Shown piece after piece: positions 7,717 through 12,158 of a DNA stretch of 12,158 bases. Numbering within the stretch: position 1 is the first letter of the stretch; every line of letters starts with the position of its first letter. The DNA is taken from assembly GCA_019358935.1 (NCBI GenBank), contig JAHHIK010000166.1, forward strand, positions 1 to 12,158. Reading direction: 5' to 3'. This stretch comes from Tolypothrix carrinoi HA7290-LM1 (lineage in GTDB: Bacteria; Cyanobacteriota; Cyanobacteriia; Cyanobacteriales; Nostocaceae). The notes under the pieces were generated by a model. That model was not told where the DNA came from and made no database searches. It saw only the letters and a program-made list of their open reading frames with translations. A program made the translations under genes and the position numbers.

Positions 7717-8864
7717 GAAATATTTCTCCAAAACTTAAGCAAACTCTGCCAATTTGAAGATAGCTTGCTGTTAGCTATAGTAGTTTTATTCAAATCGGAC
7801 AAAGTGGGAAATGAGGCAGTTTTAGTATAAGCATTATTTTGCAATACTTTAGCGAGGGCGTTATTATTATCTCGCAAACCTTCGTAAAAAAAGAATACCT
7901 CTCCAGAAATACCGCGATCGCGATTGTACTCGATTGCCTGCATCAGATATTCTGGACTTATCGAGTAATTTCCCAGCTTGATCAAAATTCCCGGTGCTAA
8001 CCTCGGTGACATCACTGCAAATTGCTTTTTTACCAACTGATCGATAATAGATTTGTAACTTAGGAAATCACGGCGATAAACCTGCGGGTGGATTGTATCT
8101 ACTATTTTCTGTTCCAGCCATTTGGGAGAGTCTTGCAAATATTCCTTTAATGCCCAATCATGAATATTCGGAGCCATCGACACTAAAATATTCGGATTTA
8201 CCGCTTTGACTTTTTGATAAAGACGCGCTAAAAAGTCGGTAAGAATATTTGCTCGCCATTGCAACCATTGCTTATCCTGAGAGTTTCGTGGCGGATTTTT
8301 CCGAAATTGCTGGTGATAGCGTTGTACAGTTAGCTGGTCGTAACCTCCTTCAGAAGGCAAAGCTGGCAGGCGATCGTCTCCTTGAATACCATCAACATCA
8401 TAATTCTTCACAACTTCCAAAACCAAGTTCAACATAAAATTTTGCACTTGGGGGTCAAGGGAATTCAACCACTCAAAGCCGTTTTTATTGACTAAATTGC
8501 CATCGCGATCGCGTGCAGCCCATTCAGGTTTTTTCGCTAGCAACATCCCCCCATTCAAATTGTAGGAACTGGCAAAGCCGTATTCAAACCAAGGAATGAC
8601 TTTTAGCCCTACTTGATGTGCTTCTGCGATCGCTTCTGCTAAAGGGTCGCGACCAACAAAAAGCGGGTCAATTTCCACACCAAAAGTCTGCTGCATCACT
8701 TTACTAGGATACAGCGTTAGCGCCTTAGTCCAAACCACCGGAAATACTACATTAAATCCGGTCTGGGCGAGGAAATCCATCGCTTCAGCAATGCGTTCCC
8801 TTGACTTGAAAACCTTACTACCAGTAGTAGTAAGCCAAACGCCCCGCGTTTCAATTATTGTCAT
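7713..8864 (-). CDS. Glycoside hydrolase family 10-like protein (GHL10/DUF187, YddW/DigH-like)
   Basis: ETRGVWL, GFNVVFPVVW, DPLAEAIAEAH..GLKVIPWFEYG, EVVKNYDVDGIQGDD, QWR...LT, PQVYR motifs. Confidence 0.92.
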   Translation of the reverse strand: MTIIETRGVWLTTTGSKVFKSRERIAEAMDFLAQTGFNVVFPVVWTKALTLYPSKVMQQTFGVEIDPLFVGRDPLAEAIAEAHQVGLKVIPWFEYGFASSYNLNGGMLLAKKPEWAARDRDGNLVNKNGFEWLNSLDPQVQNFMLNLVLEVVKNYDVDGIQGDDRLPALPSEGGYDQLTVQRYHQQFRKNPPRNSQDKQWLQWRANILTDFLARLYQKVKAVNPNILVSMAPNIHDWALKEYLQDSPKWLEQKIVDTIHPQVYRRDFLSYKSIIDQLVKKQFAVMSPRLAPGILIKLGNYSISPEYLMQAIEYNRDRGISGEVFFFYEGLRDNNNALAKVLQNNAYTKTASFPTLSDLNKTTIANSKLSSNWQSLLKFWRNIS

Positions 8865-8963
8865 TTCTAAAACACCAAAATTCTCAGCGCCGCACTTTTT
8901 ATATCATTTCACTTCAAGCTAACAACATTTAAATTTTTTAACTTTTTTCTGATAAAAATTTCC

Positions 8964-9127
8964 GGCGTTGCTGAATCAAGATATGAATTTGTCTCACGCA
9001 GAGTATTGTAGGGGCAATTCATGAATTGCCCCTACAGAAATTCAATGGTGACGACGAAGGAAGTGCGTAAGTCCTAAGAGTTTAAGAGACTTGATTTTTC
9101 AGTTTCATATTTCAATTGAGCAACGCC
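8964..9127. mobile_element. MITE-like element (164 bp) with 24-bp terminal inverted repeats and a probable 8-bp target-site duplication
   Basis: GGCGTTGCTGAATCAAGATATGAA (8964-8987) versus reverse complement of 9104-9127 GGCGTTGCTCAATTGAAATATGAA (20/24); flanks AAATTTCC (8956-8963) and AAATTTCA (9128-9135). Confidence 0.8.
9007..9036. repeat. Perfect 30-bp GTAG-type palindrome (REP-like)
   Basis: TGTAGGGGCAATTCATGAATTGCCCCTACA equals its own reverse complement. Confidence 0.9.
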
Positions 9128-9133
9128 AAATTT

Positions 9134-9154
9134 CACAATCCAAAATCCAAAATC
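9134..9154 (+). repeat. STRR-type heptamer tandem repeat
   Basis: CACAATC-CAAAATC-CAAAATC, just 3' of the DUF1206 stop codon. Confidence 0.7.
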
Positions 9155-9157
9155 GTA

Positions 9158-9973
9158 TTAGCGCGTGATTAATTGACGATACCGCGCCTGTATCACCATA
9201 TAAATACCATAAGCTACCAAGCCCAACGCTACAATACCCAAAAGCCAGGGTCCGTATGGTTGTTGCGCTAGCGTTTGTAACGCCTGATCTAAACCTCCTG
9301 CCGCACTTGCGTCAGACTGCCTTGCGGCACTAATTAAAAACCAACCGATAATGCAGAATACTATACCCCGTGCCGCTAAACCAAATCTGCAAATTGCCAT
9401 CACCCACTGGCGTTCTTTATTGCTTAACTCAGTTAAATTAAGTTCTTTACGAAATTTGCCGCTAAAAGCTATATAAAACTGATAAAAACCTAAACCGATT
9501 ACAAATGCCCCCGCAGTTCCAACTAACCATTGACCAAAGGGTTGAGAAAGTAAACGCCCTGTCCAATCTTCGGTGGAATTACTATTACCACCACTGCCCG
9601 AACCGAGGATGATTTTTACAGCGGTTAAAGCTAAAGAAGCATAAATCAAACCATTAGCTGCGTAACCAATTCGCTGTGCCAAACCTTTGGCATCAGTGCC
9701 TTTGTTTTCTGGGTCTTTAATTGCCTGTACAAAACGCCAAATTACAAAACCAATCAAGCCGATCGCAACTAAGAAAAGCAAAAATTTACCGAATGGCTGA
9801 TTGACAATTGTCTGGAGAGCGCCTTGAGTATCAGTTGTTCTACCACCAGTGCCAAAAGCTGTCTGCGCTGCTAGTAGCCCAACAGTACCGTAAACTACTC
9901 CTTTTGATGCATAGCCAAATCGCGCCAGTCGCTCGACCCACATGGAAGTATGGTGTGTCAGCTGTTGTGTCAT
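9158..9973 (-). CDS. DUF1206 family membrane protein
   Basis: Three repeats of AR.G...G.VY-like helices with QPFG/QPYG..LL..VA.GL motifs; several hydrophobic segments. Confidence 0.92.
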   Translation of the reverse strand: MTQQLTHHTSMWVERLARFGYASKGVVYGTVGLLAAQTAFGTGGRTTDTQGALQTIVNQPFGKFLLFLVAIGLIGFVIWRFVQAIKDPENKGTDAKGLAQRIGYAANGLIYASLALTAVKIILGSGSGGNSNSTEDWTGRLLSQPFGQWLVGTAGAFVIGLGFYQFYIAFSGKFRKELNLTELSNKERQWVMAICRFGLAARGIVFCIIGWFLISAARQSDASAAGGLDQALQTLAQQPYGPWLLGIVALGLVAYGIYMVIQARYRQLITR

Positions 9974-10176
9974 GGTAGTTGGGGAGAATTCTGTTTATGT
10001 TTCTACCAAGTTATAGGTATGATTTGCATCTATCTTTGGGTAAATTTTTTAATGTTAATCCTAAAATCTTCCTTTAAGAATACTGTCTTTAAATAGAGGT
10101 GATAACACACAATACAAAACTATCATTCAAGCATCTGTACTTTTCCAGCCAATATTTTATTTCACCTCAATTAATT

Positions 10177-11055
10177 ATGTCTGTAATCAAAGATTCTTGG
10201 CAGCACGAATACATCACGACTAACGGAATTAAACTGCACTACGTCACTCAGGGGGAAGGTCCCTTGATGTTAATGTTGCATGGATTTCCGGAATTTTGGT
10301 ACTCTTGGCGGCATCAAATACCCGAATTTGCCAAAAATTTTAAAGTAGTTGCTCTTGATTTGCGCGGCTACAATGATAGCGACAAGCCAAAAGAGCAATC
10401 AGCTTATGTGATGGATGAATTTGTCAAAGATATCAAAGGAGTAATTCAAGGATTGGGATATGAAAAGTGTGTTTTAGTCGGACATGATTGGGGAGGTGCG
10501 ATCGCCTGGAATTTTGCTTACGATTATCCGGCAATGGTAGAGCGATTAATAATACTCAATCTGCCTCACCCCGCCAAATTTGCCCAAGGTTTCCGCACTC
10601 CTCAACAGTTGCTACGTAGTTCTTACGTCTTCTTTTTCCAATTGCCTTTAATACCGGAATTATTAATTCAAAGCGGAGATTATCAACCAGTTGAAATGGC
10701 TTTTAAAGGTATGGCAATTAATAAAAGTGCTTTCACCAAAGCCGATATTGACGCTTATAAAAACGCCGCAGCCAAACGCGGTGCTTTAACAGCAATGTTA
10801 AACTATTACCGCAACGTTTCTCAACAAAGATTAACACAACCAAATTGGGGTATTTTAGAAGTGCCAACTTTAATGATTTGGGGAGAAAAAGATACCGCGC
10901 TGGGTAAGGAACTAACTTATGGAACAGAAGCTTATGTGAGAGACTTTCAAATCAAATATATTCCTGATTGTAGTCATTGGGTGCAGCAAGAGCAGCCTGA
11001 GTTAGTTAACCAATATATGCGAGAGTTTTTGTATATTAAAGAACAAATAAACTGA
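10177..11055 (+). CDS. Alpha/beta hydrolase, epoxide-hydrolase-like
   Basis: HGFPEFWYSWRHQ, DLRGY, nucleophile motif GHDWGG, NYYR, WGEKD, SHWVQQE. ATG 10177 is preferred over GTG 10099. Confidence 0.93.
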   Translation: MSVIKDSWQHEYITTNGIKLHYVTQGEGPLMLMLHGFPEFWYSWRHQIPEFAKNFKVVALDLRGYNDSDKPKEQSAYVMDEFVKDIKGVIQGLGYEKCVLVGHDWGGAIAWNFAYDYPAMVERLIILNLPHPAKFAQGFRTPQQLLRSSYVFFFQLPLIPELLIQSGDYQPVEMAFKGMAINKSAFTKADIDAYKNAAAKRGALTAMLNYYRNVSQQRLTQPNWGILEVPTLMIWGEKDTALGKELTYGTEAYVRDFQIKYIPDCSHWVQQEQPELVNQYMREFLYIKEQIN

Positions 11056-11068
11056 GAATTTATTTTGG

Positions 11069-11088
11069 GAGAAGAGAATTCTCTTCTC
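11069..11088. terminator. Perfect 20-bp palindrome after the hydrolase stop; possible terminator or 3' stabilising hairpin
   Basis: GAGAAGAGAATTCTCTTCTC, 13 nt after the stop; no clear U-tract. Confidence 0.45.
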
Positions 11089-11424
11089 TCTACTTAAATA
11101 TATTGATACCATCAACTAAGTCAATAAACTGCCTATTTGCTTAGGAATAAATACTCAAAAAGGATTATGTCGAATAATTTATAATCTTAAAAATATTTAA
11201 CATAATAAATTTCCTGAGGTTAGCTAATCATCCGGATCTGAAAAAGCAACAGTATTTATCAAAATTTTATCTATTGAATCTATAGCATTTCTGTATGATT
11301 ACAAAAGCAGACTCATATCACAAATTAATTATGTAGTCAATCTGTATCCTTAAGGAATTTAGTGAGATAATAGAAATCGTGAGGAACAGAACGGATGCAA
11401 CTGATGTTGCAAAGAGGAAGAATT

Positions 11425-11877
11425 ATGAAAAAGGTATTAGCAGCTTTAATCTTGGCTAGTCCCCTATTTTTTGCGAATGTAGTTAACGCTAAAAATCCGC
11501 AGGATTTACAAAAACTACTGACAACTGGGGAATGTGTTAAGTGCAATCTATCAGGAGCCAACCTCAGTGGTGCTCATTTAATTGGTGCTGACTTGAGAGA
11601 AGCAAATCTTGAAGGTGCCAACCTCAAAGGTGCAAATCTTGAAGGTGCTGATTTAACTAGTGCCAATTTGGGTGGTGCTAACTTAAGTTCGGCTTATCTT
11701 ACCAATGTCAATTTTAAGCAAGCTAATCTGAATGCAGCAAATTTGACTAAGGCGACAATCCATGATTCTAATGTGTATCAGGCATCAATGAACGATCTAA
11801 ATATCGCTGATGCTGACATATTTTATACAGGCATCGGTATCGGGGGCGAAGATGCACAGATTCCCGATTGGCGCTAA
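11425..11877 (+). CDS. Secreted/lumenal pentapeptide-repeat protein
   Basis: RBS-like AGAGGA (11413-11418) before ATG 11425; signal peptide MKKVLAALILASPLFFANVVNA; LQKLLTTGECVKCNL followed by A(N/D)LxG repeats. Confidence 0.93.
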   Translation: MKKVLAALILASPLFFANVVNAKNPQDLQKLLTTGECVKCNLSGANLSGAHLIGADLREANLEGANLKGANLEGADLTSANLGGANLSSAYLTNVNFKQANLNAANLTKATIHDSNVYQASMNDLNIADADIFYTGIGIGGEDAQIPDWR

Positions 11878-11915
11878 GTTCAATTTGGCTGGCATCTCAA
11901 AATAAAATACTGGCT

Positions 11916-12001
11916 GGCGGTTTTTAGGGGTAGAGACGTTCCACCGGAACGTCTCTACTTGCTGTTTGCAAGCATTATCCTTAAAGCCGCCTGTTTTTTT
12001 T
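11916..12001 (+). terminator. Terminator-like long stem plus U-tract with a GTAG hairpin in its loop
   Basis: GGCGGTTTTTAGG (11916-11928) pairs with CCTTAAAGCCGCC (11979-11991), followed by TG and eight T. Confidence 0.55.
11930..11958. repeat. GTAG-type REP-like hairpin
   Basis: GTAGAGACGTTCC-ACC-GGAACGTCTCTAC: 13-bp perfect stem, 3-nt loop. Confidence 0.88.
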
Positions 12002-12032
12002 GCTGTGATTGGTGTCTTAAATGTGTCTGGGA

Positions 12033-12158
12033 GTGCGATTCGTTGCTTAGTGAATCACGGTAATCAGCCCGTACATAACTAAGCCAGTGAAATCTAGATA
12101 ACTAGACACTGAACTCTCAGATTGATGTGGGTGAAAGTCCCATCCGCAAGATTCATGC
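12033..12158 (+). mobile_element. Probable 5' end (domain I) of a group II intron, running off the window
   Basis: Starts GTGCGATTCGTT (GUGYG 5' consensus), followed by consecutive stems GCTTAGT/ACTAAGC (12045-12084), CAGTG..TCTAG-ATAA-CTAGA-CACTG (12085-12111) and TGGG-TGAAAGT-CCCA (12128-12142). Domain V and an RT ORF are not within the window. Confidence 0.6.

Larger units (their letters stand above)
343..10505. repeat. HIP1 octamers (GCGATCGC), dispersed
   Basis: Copies seen starting at 343, 378, 638, 938, 1498, 1889, 5266, 6069, 7051, 7914, 8505, 8626 and 10498 (manual count). Confidence 0.92.

Noticed and set aside
7391..8437. ORFs 7391-7591 (-) and 8249-8437 (+)
   Set aside because: Antisense to well-supported genes.
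11337..11561. 74-aa minus-strand ORF
   Set aside because: Antisense to the pentapeptide-repeat gene; no motif.
11600..11660. DNA repeat GCAAATCTTGAAGGTGC x2
   Set aside because: Explained by pentapeptide protein repeats (ANLEGA).

Overview
Chromosomal window from a cyanobacterium, probably a filamentous/Nostocales type (about 13 HIP1 GCGATCGC octamers counted by eye, a heptamer STRR, GTAG-type palindromes). Left part: a truncated, frameshifted RelE/ParE toxin remnant, then a LexA box and uvrA. After uvrA comes an accessory islet (3443-5976) with an intact AT-rich DUF262 + C-terminal HNH nuclease gene (candidate stand-alone defence/type IV restriction enzyme), a stop-codon-interrupted remnant with a 'PTHxxRQL..WTSKLG..EDI' signature (DUF7689-like), and a higBA pair whose toxin is doubly frameshifted while the antitoxin is intact. 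The rest is ordinary: a small hypothetical, DUF2358, an LptA/OstA-like secreted protein, a GHL10 glycoside hydrolase, a DUF1206 membrane protein, an epoxide-hydrolase-like alpha/beta hydrolase and a pentapeptide-repeat protein. Intergenic DNA holds two composite MITE-like elements, several GTAG palindromes and, at the right edge, the probable 5' end of a group II intron. All calls come from manual reading and motif recall; no searches were run.
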